Below are positions 1 through 9,610 of a stretch of DNA of 64,000 nt, in pieces; position 1 is the first letter of the stretch; each line of letters begins with the position of its first letter. Below the pieces are notes generated by a model. That model was not told where the DNA came from, did not search any database, and saw only the letters and a program-made list of their open reading frames with translations. Made by a program: the position numbers and the translations under genes. The stretch is from an uncultured bacterium (lineage in GTDB: Bacteria; Verrucomicrobiota; Verrucomicrobiia; Limisphaerales; UBA8199), in NCBI GenBank assembly GCA_963749495.1, contig CAVVMW010000028.1, positions 39,271 to 103,270 of the forward strand. Reading direction: 5' to 3'.

Positions 1-151
1 CAATCGAACCATTGATAGCCTGGTCCCGGAGGCCGAACTGGCCGCGCGAAGAGCCGCCTGGCAGCCCGTCAAACGCGAACTGACCGGCTGGCTGGCGCGT
101 TACCGGAAGCTGGTGACCAATGCCAGCCAAGGGGCGATACTGGGGGGGTAG
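1..151 (+). CDS. ilvD: dihydroxy-acid dehydratase, C-terminal end (partial)
   Basis: Frame 2 reads NRTIDSLVPEAELAARRAAWQPVKRELTGWLARYRKLVTNASQGAILGG*, the characteristic IlvD C-terminus. Confidence 0.85.
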   Translation, partial: NRTIDSLVPEAELAARRAAWQPVKRELTGWLARYRKLVTNASQGAILGG

Positions 152-158
152 GGGGACA

Positions 159-189
159 AGGCTAAAGGCTGAAGGCTAAAGGCTAAAGG
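159..189. repeat. GGCTAAA heptamer tandem repeat; inverted counterpart (TTTAGCC)n at 2363-2390
   Basis: ggctaaa/ggctgaa/ggctaaa/ggctaaa read directly; reverse-complement array lies on the far side of the IS. Confidence 0.8.
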
Positions 190-350
190 ACGGACCACGA
201 AAGAACGGGCTTTGGCTCGCGGCCCAAAGGGCCGGCAGAGCCCAGCCCAGGGCTGAGGCCGCCAGGCCGATGCCCTGGGTACAGGGCCAGCGAAATCAAT
301 CGCGCCCTGAGAGGGCGCAAGACTCTGGCGCCCCTTCAGGGGAATGGCGC

Positions 351-701
351 TTAGTTAGTGCCTAAAACTTTAGCACTGAGGCGCTTGCGTCGATGGGGAT
401 GAGGTGCCCTCCGGAAGATGATTATTCGGGACAGCCGCTCCATGTCCCGTAACAGCCCTCGCACCTGCCGGTAGCGGTTAACGGCTTGGCGCATCTGCTC
501 GAACTGTTCCTGGGTCAGTGAGACGGTCACCGTCTTCTGGGCGACTTTGCGCGTCCATTGGTAGCCGGCACCTCCGCCGGAGCGCCGCGTGCGGTCTTGC
601 ACCGAGCCCTGGCTCAGGTAGCCTATTTGGCCCAAACGGCGCCGCAACTGCTCGTATTGCCGCTGCCAGGAGGCGGTGCCCTTACCCCGATTTTTGTTCA
701 T
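351..701 (-). CDS. IS-borne small basic protein, DUF6788-like (116 aa)
   Basis: MNKNRG...LGQIGYLSQGSV...YQWTRKVAQKTVTVSLTQEQFEQMRQAVNRYRQVRGLLRDMERLS; intact in both IS copies; stop codon lies within the TIR. Confidence 0.75.
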   Translation of the reverse strand: MNKNRGKGTASWQRQYEQLRRRLGQIGYLSQGSVQDRTRRSGGGAGYQWTRKVAQKTVTVSLTQEQFEQMRQAVNRYRQVRGLLRDMERLSRIIIFRRAPHPHRRKRLSAKVLGTN

Positions 702-732
702 TGGCCTCAATTTTAGCTTGCAAGTCAAGCCT

Positions 733-754
733 TGTCCAGTATATATACTGGACA
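733..754. promoter_or_regulatory. perfect 22-bp palindrome between the divergent IS genes (putative operator)
   Basis: TGTCCAGTATATATACTGGACA overlaps the transposase ATG and the -35 of a TGGACA-N17-TAAAAT promoter-like motif for the small ORF. Confidence 0.65.
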
Positions 755-2231
755 TGCACACGCCCTTTTTCCTCCCCTGGCGCTCCTTCCTGGCTCCCCT
801 GGGACCCCGCCTCCAACACGCCGCCCAACCCCTGGGCCGCGCCACTCTCACCGCCATCGAGCAAAGTCTGGCTCCGGCCTTGCCCGCCGACCTCCTCCAA
901 AAGCCTGCCTCCGGACCCCACTGCCGACACCGGATCTTCTTCCAGGCCCGTTCCTTCTGGTGCTGGGTTTGGCAGATGTTCCAGGGCAACACCTCCTGCC
1001 GTGAGGTTGTGCGCCAAGTCCAGGCCCTGCTCGGCCTCCTGGAAGAGCCCCCATTGATGAAAACACCAGCGCTTACTGCCAGGCCCGGGCCAATCTATCC
1101 TTGGGCCTGTTGGAGAAGGCATTCAGCGCCAGCGCTTTAAGCGCCCTCAAGCAAGCCCCCGCCCAAACCCTGCTCCAGGGCCGGCCCATCAAGTTTGCCG
1201 ACGGCTCGACCGTGCGGTTGGAGGACACCCCTGCAAACCGCGCCCAATTTCCTCCCTCCTCAAACCAACACTCCCGTCCGGGCTTCCCCACCCTCAAGAC
1301 ACTGGTGCTCTTCGACCTGGCCAGCGGCGCGGTCCTGGCCCGAGCCACCAGCAGCCTCAAGGTGGCTGAAACGCGCCTGTTGATGAGCTTGGGCCAGCAC
1401 GTCCAGCCCGGCGACATTCTGGGCGGGGACCGCGCTTATGGCCTTTATGTCATGATGCACTGGGCCAAGGGCTTGGGCGCCGATCTCTTTGCGCGGCTCA
1501 ACGCCCGCTCCCGCCGGGTGGACTTCCGCAAGGCCATCAAAAAGCTCGGCCCCAACGACGCGGTGTTCCTGTGGCACAAACCCAAAGCCCCTTCCAAGCT
1601 GCTCACCCCCGAAGAGTGGGTCCAAGTGCCCGATACGATGGAGGTGCGCCTCATCCACATTCGGATTGAGCGGCCAGGCTTTCGCACCCGAGAACTAACG
1701 GTCGCAACCACCCTGCTGGACCCTGAGTTGTACCCAGCCCAGGAGATCCTGGCCGCCTTCCTCAAGCGCTGGCGCCTGGAGATGTGCCTGGATGATTTGA
1801 AAACCACCTTGCAGATGGAACAGCTCAAATGCCGCAAGCCCGAGGGGGTGGAAAAGGAGTTGCTGGTCTTCTTGCTGACCCACAATCTGCTACGCTGGAT
1901 CATGGGCCAGGCCGCCAAAGCCGGCGAGGCGGACCTGGAGCGGATCAGCTTCACCGGCACAATGCACGCCTTCCGGCAGTGGACCGTCGCGCTGGTGCAG
2001 GTGCGCGGACCCGGCAAACTCTCCAAACAAAAGCGCCTGTGGCAACTGTTGCTGTGGATCGTGGCAGCGGATTTGGTGCCGGAACGTCCCGGGCGGCAGG
2101 AACCCCGGGCCGTCAAAAAGAGAAGCAAATACCCGCGCCTGACCAAGCCCCGTGACCAGTATGTCGAACGGTGGAGCCGTAACAAGCGCCGCCGGGTTCA
2201 GCGCGCAAAAAAACATGCCTCGCTAAACTAA
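754..2231 (+). pseudogene. IS4-family DDE transposase, frameshifted (1-bp loss in C-run at about 1048-1052)
   Basis: Motifs DGSTV, GDRAY, KRWRLEMCLDDLK, RPGRQEPRAVK; copy 2 has CCCCCC where this copy has CCCCC. Confidence 0.85.
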
Positions 2232-2436
2232 GCGCCATTCCCCCTTCAGGGCAGCGGGGTCCGCCTCTGCAACGAAACCCAGGGCATCGGCCTGACGGCC
2301 TCAGCCCTGGGCTAGGTTCTGGCGGCCCGTCGGGCCACGGCGAGGCGCACGGCGGTCACATGCTTTAGCCTTTAGCGTTTAGCCTTTAGCAGCCAGGGGC
2401 TAGGCGCCCCTGGCTGCTTGGATTTTGCGGACAGGC

Positions 2437-5400
2437 CTAAGGCCCGGCGCGATAGAACTTCTTCGAGCTCGTGGGGGTGATCACGTACGGCGAAGTCGTG
2501 GACACGACCGTGGTGTATGGGCCGGTGACGTTGTTGGCCGAATAGAGGGTCCCGACGTCCCAACTGAGTTGGACCTGGCTGCCCACCCGCTGGAGGGTCA
2601 GGGTGGGGGCGTTGGTAACGGGGGGACTATAGGCAAAGCTCAGTTTGTTGGAGGCGCCGGCCATGAAGATCGAGGCCGCTTCCAGCGGCGTGAGAGCCCT
2701 GCGCCAGATGCCGATGTCATCGATGTCCCCGGAGGCCGTCACCACGTTCGGCGTCAGCGAATAGGTGCCAGTGGGGTCCTGGCCAATGGTGAACCAATTG
2801 CCGGTATCGATGTCGCCGGCGGCCTGCTCCGAGGTGCCGCCATCCTCTTTGTGGAACGGGACCGCAAGCCCGTCGAGGTAGTTGAACAGGCCCTTCTTGC
2901 GGTCAAACACATGGACCAAGTGGTGCCAGTTGCCGTCGTTGATGGCGCCGACTTCGCCGTAGCCTCCGATGCCGTTGCCGCTGAGGTCGAAGATCGTCGC
3001 GCACCAACTGCCCGCATAGGCCGGAATGGCGGAACCGTTCAGTCCATAGCTATAGGCCAAGACCAGGCCCGGGCTGAATGTGGAACCGATCGCCGTGGAG
3101 ATGAACGGCAGGTCGGCGCCCACGTAATTCTGCGGCGAGCGGATCCAATAGGCCAGCGTGAAGTTGACGTTCGAGCTGAATTGGAGGTCGGGACGCAAAC
3201 CCAAGGTGACGTAAGAATTGTTGGTGGTCGACATGTCGGTCGAGAAGTGCAGGGCGGAGCCGATAGCGCCGTCGCCGACGTAAGTGGGGGCGGCGACGTT
3301 GCTGGAGGAGCCGCTGATATGGATGCCGACGGCGTTGTTGCCGCGGCCGGTGGTGTCCGTGAGGTTGTTATCGAACGGCAGGTGAAGGACCAGGCCCGGG
3401 ATGGCCGGGGCGGTCGTGGGAGGCTGGAGCACGGTGAGCGTTGCAGGGGCGCTGTTGGTGGACCCGAGGCCATTGGAGATGTTGACCGTGTAGCTGCCGG
3501 CATCGCTCGGCGCCAGAGGGCTGATGGTCAGTGTGTCCAAGGTGGCCCCGCTGATCGCCACTCCGTCCTTGGACCATTGGAGGGAGAGAGGCACGGTGCC
3601 TGCCGCGCCCACCGAGAAGGTGGCAGCAAGCGACACGTAATTCGTGAGCGAGACGGGCTGGATGCTGATGAACGGCGCCAGGCTCGAACCGTAAGCGGCG
3701 CCGTAATGCGTCTGGATTTGGGTCTGGGTCAGCGCCACTGGGTAAACCGCCACCTCGTTGATCGTTCCGGTCCAGTAGCCGTCGTAGGCCGGGTCGTTGC
3801 CCAGGTGCTTGGAACCGATGGACACCGGGTCGCTGGAGACGCGCAGGCCGGCCGCGCGCGTGGCGCCCGAGCCGGATTGTTGGCCGTCGACATAGATGTA
3901 CATCGAGGGGGAGCCGCTGATGATGCCGGAGTCGTCGTAAACCCCGACCACGTGCTGCCAGGTGCCGTTGGGGCCGGCCTGGGCGGTGGCCTCGTAGATC
4001 GAGTTGCCGCCTCCGCGCGTGAAGAAATGATAGTAGCCGCCGATCACATCCAGGCCGAACTGCTCGGTTGCGGTGGTGCCGCCGCCCCCGCTCCCGTTGC
4101 CCTTGGCGATGATGGTGGACTCATCGCTCTGGCCCGCGGGGCCTTTGACCCAGGCCTCGAGGCTGAAATTGACATGCCCTGAGAAGTTGACCGCAGTCCC
4201 GCTGATGTTGCCGACGTAAACATTCACGGCGCCGAACTCCGCTGCAGTGTCCGGATCGAGCGTCGAATAGCCCGGCACGCCCAGGGTGACGCCGTGATAG
4301 ATGCCGTCGTTTCCACCCCAGTAGTCATGCGCCGCGGCGCCGTTGGTTTCCCCCAGCCGCCAATAGGAGAGGGGCTTGTCGCCCAGGACCGCCGCGGGGT
4401 AGGCGCTCGGGGCGGGCAGGACGGACAGCGTGGCAGCGTCCGTGTTGGTTGAGCCGAAGACGTTCGTGATCGTGCAGGTGTAGGGCGTGTCAGGGCCGGC
4501 GGCGGCCGTGTTAGTGTAGGACGCGAAGGTCGCCCCGGCAATCGGGGCGCCATTGGCGCTCCACTGGAAGGAGAGCGGCGTGCTGCCGATGACCTGGACC
4601 TGGAAGATGAACTGGGCGCCAGGGAAACGGGTGAGGGATTGCGGCTGCTGTGTGATGAGAGGCGGGCTGGTGAGCACCGTCAGCGGGACGGAACTGGTGA
4701 TGGAGCCATAGGCGTTGGTCACCACCACCGAATAGGTGCCGCTGCTCCCGGACTTGACGCCGTTGAGCACCAGGTTGGTGGCATTCTGGCCCGTAAGCGG
4801 TGTGCCATCCTTCAGCCATTGGTAGTAAAGCGTCGGGCTGCCCTCGGCCCAAACCGAGAAGCTGACCACGGACCCTTCATAGACGGGGCCCGAGGGGGGC
4901 ACCGGCGCGGCAGTGATGACGGGAGAGACGTTGGCGGCGTTGTAGAGGGCGTTGATGTCCGAGGCGCTCAGGGCGGTTTTAAAGATGGCCGGTTCGTCAA
5001 TCCAGCCGCCGAACCGCAGGCCCTCGCCGGGGGTGGGATCGCTTCTGGAACCGATGGACCATCGGTTGGTCACATCCAGGTTGCCTGTGTCTCCCTCGCT
5101 GCCCGCGTAGGAGCCGATCAGCACGCCATTGCGATAAAGGTTCCAGTTGGCGCCATCATAAGTTCCTGCCAGGAACACCCAGTTGCCGATGTCCCCGGGC
5201 GGAATCGGGACCAGGACCGAGTCATAATAGCTGCTGCCATCTGTCACCCCCACTTCGTAGTAATTGCCGTCGCCTGCCCCGGTGCCGCCTGAGCCGCGCG
5301 AGATCCGCAAGAACGTCTCGGCGGCGTTAGCGTCCATGCCGTGGGCGATGATGTCCCGGAAAAAGTCCTGTTCGATCGGCTTGATCCAGGCCATGAGGGT

Positions 5401-6555
5401 GACGTTGCCGGAGAAATGCAGCCCGGCGGCGTCGTTGATCGTAATCCCGCCGTTTTCGCCGTCGAAGAAACAGGCCTGGTTGGTTGCCCCAAAGCCCGCG
5501 TAGCCGGAGCCGCTCTGGTCGCTGAGCGTGCCCCAGGAAAGGGTGCCATTGGCATCGGCGCCCGCGCTGCCGAGGTTGCTCACGACCGGGAACGCGCTCG
5601 GATCCGGGGTCGTGACCGCCGGTTCACCCAGGTTCCAGTAGCCGACCGGGGCGTCGGCGAGGATCTGAGCGCCGTAGTCGGCGGTGTTCGTCGAGGCCGC
5701 GTCGTGGTGGGCGGCGATCGTGGAGGGCGAGAGGACCTTGGTATAGATCGCCACCTCGTCAACCCAGCCGTCCCAGCCCCGGTTTCCGCTATGCCCGGAG
5801 TCGCTGATAGCCGGCACCTCAACATCCAGGTCGCCCGTGAGTGCGGTGCCGCCCATGCGCAAGGCGGTCTGGGGATTGGGCTGCCAACCGGTCGCTGCCA
5901 CGCTAGCGGGGGCGGAGGCAATCTGCACACCGTTTGCATAAATCAGCACCGTCGTGTCGTCCCACGTCGCCACGATGTGCTGCCAGGTCCCGACCGTGGC
6001 ATTGCCGCTGGTGCCAAGCACGTTGGCGGCATAGCCGCTGGTCAGGCCGAGGCGGAAGTTCCAGCGCCCGGCGTTGTTCACATAGAACAGCCATCCGGAG
6101 CGGTTGGCGTCCCCATACCAGTTGTTGTCGAACGAGGAGAGGGGGCACACGCCGGTTGTATCGCTGACGGGGAGGGCGTTGGGTTTGGCCCAGAATTCGA
6201 TGCTGAACGGAGGCGCGGGATTGAGCGCGGGATTGTAAGGGACATTGACTTTGGAGCCGCAGTGTCCGATCGTGACGCCCGGGTTGTTGAACCGGATGCA
6301 GGTGCCCACGATGCCGGGTTCGCCTTTCGTGGCATCCATCACGGCGTAGCCGGTGCCGGCGCTGCCGAGCGTCCCGGAGTTGGACACGGTGTTGAGCGCG
6401 GGCGCCATGGCCGTTTCATCCAGGCGCCAGTAGGCCAGCGGATTGTGCGCGAGAACGGCGGACGGGTAATCCGCCCAGGCGGTCAGGACCGCTGTGCAGG
6501 AGAGCAGGCCTGCCGCCGCCAGAGTTGAACCCAGGTTGCGATTAGTCAATTTCAT
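2437..6555 (-). CDS. secreted LamG-like jellyroll / Ig-like multidomain surface protein (1372 aa)
   Basis: Signal peptide; repeated PLAYWRL..WxHxVxxxD..LYxNG..IDEVAxY LamG units; PxITxQP..YQW.KDG..GTYSV Ig units; C-terminal KKFYRAGP. Confidence 0.88.
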   Translation of the reverse strand: MKLTNRNLGSTLAAAGLLSCTAVLTAWADYPSAVLAHNPLAYWRLDETAMAPALNTVSNSGTLGSAGTGYAVMDATKGEPGIVGTCIRFNNPGVTIGHCGSKVNVPYNPALNPAPPFSIEFWAKPNALPVSDTTGVCPLSSFDNNWYGDANRSGWLFYVNNAGRWNFRLGLTSGYAANVLGTSGNATVGTWQHIVATWDDTTVLIYANGVQIASAPASVAATGWQPNPQTALRMGGTALTGDLDVEVPAISDSGHSGNRGWDGWVDEVAIYTKVLSPSTIAAHHDAASTNTADYGAQILADAPVGYWNLGEPAVTTPDPSAFPVVSNLGSAGADANGTLSWGTLSDQSGSGYAGFGATNQACFFDGENGGITINDAAGLHFSGNVTLMAWIKPIEQDFFRDIIAHGMDANAAETFLRISRGSGGTGAGDGNYYEVGVTDGSSYYDSVLVPIPPGDIGNWVFLAGTYDGANWNLYRNGVLIGSYAGSEGDTGNLDVTNRWSIGSRSDPTPGEGLRFGGWIDEPAIFKTALSASDINALYNAANVSPVITAAPVPPSGPVYEGSVVSFSVWAEGSPTLYYQWLKDGTPLTGQNATNLVLNGVKSGSSGTYSVVVTNAYGSITSSVPLTVLTSPPLITQQPQSLTRFPGAQFIFQVQVIGSTPLSFQWSANGAPIAGATFASYTNTAAAGPDTPYTCTITNVFGSTNTDAATLSVLPAPSAYPAAVLGDKPLSYWRLGETNGAAAHDYWGGNDGIYHGVTLGVPGYSTLDPDTAAEFGAVNVYVGNISGTAVNFSGHVNFSLEAWVKGPAGQSDESTIIAKGNGSGGGGTTATEQFGLDVIGGYYHFFTRGGGNSIYEATAQAGPNGTWQHVVGVYDDSGIISGSPSMYIYVDGQQSGSGATRAAGLRVSSDPVSIGSKHLGNDPAYDGYWTGTINEVAVYPVALTQTQIQTHYGAAYGSSLAPFISIQPVSLTNYVSLAATFSVGAAGTVPLSLQWSKDGVAISGATLDTLTISPLAPSDAGSYTVNISNGLGSTNSAPATLTVLQPPTTAPAIPGLVLHLPFDNNLTDTTGRGNNAVGIHISGSSSNVAAPTYVGDGAIGSALHFSTDMSTTNNSYVTLGLRPDLQFSSNVNFTLAYWIRSPQNYVGADLPFISTAIGSTFSPGLVLAYSYGLNGSAIPAYAGSWCATIFDLSGNGIGGYGEVGAINDGNWHHLVHVFDRKKGLFNYLDGLAVPFHKEDGGTSEQAAGDIDTGNWFTIGQDPTGTYSLTPNVVTASGDIDDIGIWRRALTPLEAASIFMAGASNKLSFAYSPPVTNAPTLTLQRVGSQVQLSWDVGTLYSANNVTGPYTTVVSTTSPYVITPTSSKKFYRAGP

Positions 6556-6738
6556 GTTGGGAGTGTTGTTGGGATTCTAGTTGGTCTAGTTGGGAGTGCT
6601 GTTGGGATTCTGTCTTCGTTGCTACTGAAAAATCTGCGTCTATTCCTCTTCATCGGTGGTTAAACCGCCATCCGCCATGTGAGTTCGAGCTGCTCTCGCC
6701 GCCTTCGAGCTTGCTCGCCGAAACGTAACTGTTCACGT

Positions 6739-6852
6739 GTGGGGCAGACCTCTGGTCTGCCGGTTCACGGAGCCTCCGGCTCCGTGTCCCTTGCAATTGC
6801 AAGGCTCGGGGCCACAGGCCCCTGCAACCGGCAGACCGGAGGTCTGCCCCAC
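6739..6852. repeat. REP-like inverted repeat
   Basis: gtggggcagacctctggtctgccggtt ... aaccggcagaccggaggtctgccccac. Confidence 0.8.
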
Positions 6853-6983
6853 GCGTCCCCACCTGAACGGTTACGCCAAAACAACACACAAACCGGCCCG
6901 CCTTTCTGTTTGGGGATCCGCCGCGCGCGTGGACGATTCGAGTGAGCTTGCAGCAAGGTGAGAGCGCCCCGTCCTGGCCGCCC

Positions 6984-7889
6984 TCAAGGCAATCCACCCC
7001 CAAGCGGGCGAGTCGCACGGTCCTGGAGCCACGCGACGTCCGGGTTGCGAGGGCTGGCTGTTTCGGTCGAGCCATCGAAGGTGAGCGCGTTCTTTTTCAG
7101 GGGCGGGGTGGTGCGCGGGTCCATCCATTTCTTGAGTTCGGAATGGCCATCGGCAAAGGAGAAGCCGCAGGCGTTGCCGTGATAAGCGGCGGGCAGGTCC
7201 GCCAGCTTGTACTCGGCGGCGTTGCGCATCGAACCGCTCGTGGGATAGCCCGTCATGTCGGTATAGAAGTTGCCCCAGTTGATCGCATCCTCCCGCTCGT
7301 CCAGGAATACAAAAATCTTGGCCGCTCCGGGGATGGCCAGATCGGCGTACTTCTTGTAAAGGATCCAAGTTTTAGCGCTAAAGACATCGCTCCCGCTAGA
7401 CCCCCCTCCAGTGCCCTCGAAGCCGCCCAAGAAGAGGTTCATAACCATCGTTCGCACCCGCGGCATGCTCACCCCATTCACCACGACGTAGGAGGTATCG
7501 GACGGGCATTTGAAAATCCCGAGGGCCTTGCCGCAGTATGGCCACATCGGGCTGCGCCAGATATTGACGCTTGGGTCATAATTTGACGGGTTGCCCGGGT
7601 TGAAATCCAGGCCGCCGCTCATCCAGGTGCCTGGCTGCCAGGCGCCACCATTGAGGTTAGCGCTTGCATAGAGCAGGACGTCCCGGTTGTCTTCCGTATA
7701 TTGCCGCCAGGCGTAGGCCAGTTGACGGTGATTGCTCATGCACTGCACGCCCTGGGCCTTGAGCTTGGCCCTGGCCAGCGCCGGCAAGAGCATCGCCGCC
7801 AGGATGGCGATGATCGCTATCACCACCAGCAACTCGATCAACGTAAATCCCCGCTCGTTACAAGCGGCTGTTTCTTGTTTGTGGATCAT
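6984..7889 (-). CDS. prepilin-type N-terminal methylation domain protein with H-X9-DG motif
   Basis: [26 protein letters not shown]-terminal YHGNACGFSFADGHSE. Confidence 0.9.
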   Translation of the reverse strand: MIHKQETAACNERGFTLIELLVVIAIIAILAAMLLPALARAKLKAQGVQCMSNHRQLAYAWRQYTEDNRDVLLYASANLNGGAWQPGTWMSGGLDFNPGNPSNYDPSVNIWRSPMWPYCGKALGIFKCPSDTSYVVVNGVSMPRVRTMVMNLFLGGFEGTGGGSSGSDVFSAKTWILYKKYADLAIPGAAKIFVFLDEREDAINWGNFYTDMTGYPTSGSMRNAAEYKLADLPAAYHGNACGFSFADGHSELKKWMDPRTTPPLKKNALTFDGSTETASPRNPDVAWLQDRATRPLGGGLP

Positions 7890-8383
7890 ATCACTTCACT
7901 TCACACATTCATGGTTTGGGATGCTGCCTCGGGGTAAGCCGTCGCACATCGTGTCAACGCGTTGACCACGATTTGGCCGCACTCGGAGAGGGTCCGCCCC
8001 GCAAACCCCATTATGCCGACCGGCACACAGGGTCTTGCCCAGCCATTTCTTGCCCTTCGTTTTCTCATTCGCAACGTTGCAGAGGCCGGGGCCTCTGCTC
8101 AACAGAATCCCATCGCTCCAGCTCTAGCCCGGACCACCTCGGCGCGCGCGTGCTGGTCGCCGCGCCGCAAGCAGTCCAGACATCCCACAAGCCCCGGAAC
8201 GGCGCGCTGGCCAACGGCCGGCCTGGCACCCCAAACCGGGCAGACGCCGCTCCATCACCCACGCCCAGTTGTCCTTCGGCAGGCTGCTTCCTCGGCAGGA
8301 CCCGCCTCGGTTTCGCTGGCACGCAATGGATTCGTAACGCCAAAATAGAGTTTCTGCCAGCCCCTGTCAAGGGCGATTTTCCG

Positions 8384-9610
8384 TCAAATCTTCATCGGTT
8401 TGACGCGCTGGCCGGGGTGGACGCGGGTGCCGGGATAGAGAATGACCGATTCGCCCTCCTTGAGGCCGTCGAGGACCTGCATTTCGGCGCTGCTGAAGCG
8501 GCCGAGCTTGACGGGCCGCAATTGGGCGCGGCCTTGGGTCAGGACAAAGGCCGCCCACTGGTTGCCTTGGCGGAACAAGGCCCCTGCAGGCACCTTGAGG
8601 GCCTTATCGGTTTCCCAGATGACAATTCGGGCCTCGACGCGGAAGTTGTCGCCGACGCTGGGCCGTTGTTCGGGCGCGGTGAGCAAGTCGGCCACAACCT
8701 TGACGCGTTGTTCCTCGACGCCCAGGGCTGAGACCTTGGTGAAAGCGGCGGGCTCGACGAGCCGGACCCGGCCCTCCATTTGGGGCCGGTCGGGCGCGCC
8801 CCATTGCTCGAGGTAAACCCGGCTGCCGGGCGCGATGGCGGCGCCGTCTCGGGAAAGGACCTCCACGACCGCTTCCAGGTCGCGGGGATCGCCGATCTCG
8901 ACCAAGGGCGTCCCAGCGGCCACAACACGCTCGTTCTCCTCGAAGACGCTCAAGACCCGCCCGTCGGCGGGGGCCTTGACCTCGCTCTGGACACACGGGG
9001 CATTGGTGGCTGCCGGAGCCGGCGGGTCGAATTGGGCCAGCTCGGCCTGGGCCTCGCGCACGGCGCCTTCGGCGGCGGCGGTCTCCTGCCGAGTGGAGTC
9101 GGCTCGAGACTGGGCGGCTTCCAGTTCCTGGATGGAAACGGTGCTGTCGGCAAAGAGCCTGCGCAGGCGCTGCAACTCGCTGGCGGCGAAGGTCTCGCCG
9201 GCGCGCGCCTTGGAGGCGCGGGCGGCGGCCGAGTCGCGCCGCGCCTCGGCCAGGGCGCGCGCCCGCGCATCGAGCATCGTGGGCGGCAGCGGGTCCAGCA
9301 CCGCCACAAGCGTCTGTCCGGCGCGGACCTCGTCGCCCGCCTTGAGCGCAATCCGATGGAGTTGCCCGGCCACGGGCGCCGAGACCACGTAACGTTGTTT
9401 GATGCGCGTCTTGCCTTCCTCGTTCACGGTGGCGCGGAGGGCGCCGACAGTGGCAACGGCGGTCTCGACCGGCACCGGCTGCGGCCAGAGCCCCGCCACG
9501 ATGAGCCCCGCCAATAAAACCGCCCCGGCGTAGGGCAGCCAACGGCGGGTGTGGCGATTGGCCGGGTTGCGCCGGGGGGCCGGCGGGTGTGGATCGTCAG
9601 TCTGCGTCAT
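8384..9610 (-). CDS. HlyD-family periplasmic adaptor subunit
   Basis: N-terminal TM, EEGKTRIKQRYVVSAPVAG, VEPAAFTKVSALGVEEQRV; start taken at MTQTDD. Confidence 0.85.
   Translation of the reverse strand: MTQTDDPHPPAPRRNPANRHTRRWLPYAGAVLLAGLIVAGLWPQPVPVETAVATVGALRATVNEEGKTRIKQRYVVSAPVAGQLHRIALKAGDEVRAGQTLVAVLDPLPPTMLDARARALAEARRDSAAARASKARAGETFAASELQRLRRLFADSTVSIQELEAAQSRADSTRQETAAAEGAVREAQAELAQFDPPAPAATNAPCVQSEVKAPADGRVLSVFEENERVVAAGTPLVEIGDPRDLEAVVEVLSRDGAAIAPGSRVYLEQWGAPDRPQMEGRVRLVEPAAFTKVSALGVEEQRVKVVADLLTAPEQRPSVGDNFRVEARIVIWETDKALKVPAGALFRQGNQWAAFVLTQGRAQLRPVKLGRFSSAEMQVLDGLKEGESVILYPGTRVHPGQRVKPMKI

Larger units (their letters stand above)
342..2240 (+). mobile_element. IS4-family insertion sequence, copy 1 (1899 bp), TIR GAATGGCGCTTAGTT, 11-bp TSD CCCCTTCAGGG
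   Basis: Terminal inverted repeats at 342 and 2240; identical direct repeat at 331-341 and 2241-2251; near-identical second copy at 56630-58529. Confidence 0.93.
221..2336. repeat. REP-like palindromic element split by IS4 copy 1 (arms about 221-341 and 2241-2336)
   Basis: cagcccagggctgaggccgccaggccgatgccctgggt (left) is the near reverse complement of acccagggcatcggcctgacggcctcagccctgggct (right). Confidence 0.8.

Noticed and set aside
676..992. Longer starts for the IS ORFs given by the ORF track (213/238 aa and 518 aa)
   Set aside because: They would overlap the opposite gene and the palindrome; ATGs at 701 and 754 give a compact divergent layout with promoter-like motifs
1040..1060. Programmed frameshift in the IS4 transposase
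   Set aside because: Copy 2 is a continuous ORF; the difference is a single C in a homopolymer, so mutation or sequencing error
2425..6528. Long plus-strand ORFs (585, 217, 395 aa) and similar ORFs such as 10316-12208 and 12881-14686
   Set aside because: Antisense shadows of well-supported genes in high-GC DNA; no recognisable motifs
7890..8380. Structured ncRNA in the long leader of the prepilin gene
   Set aside because: No recognisable aptamer motif or convincing stems by eye; would need a covariance search
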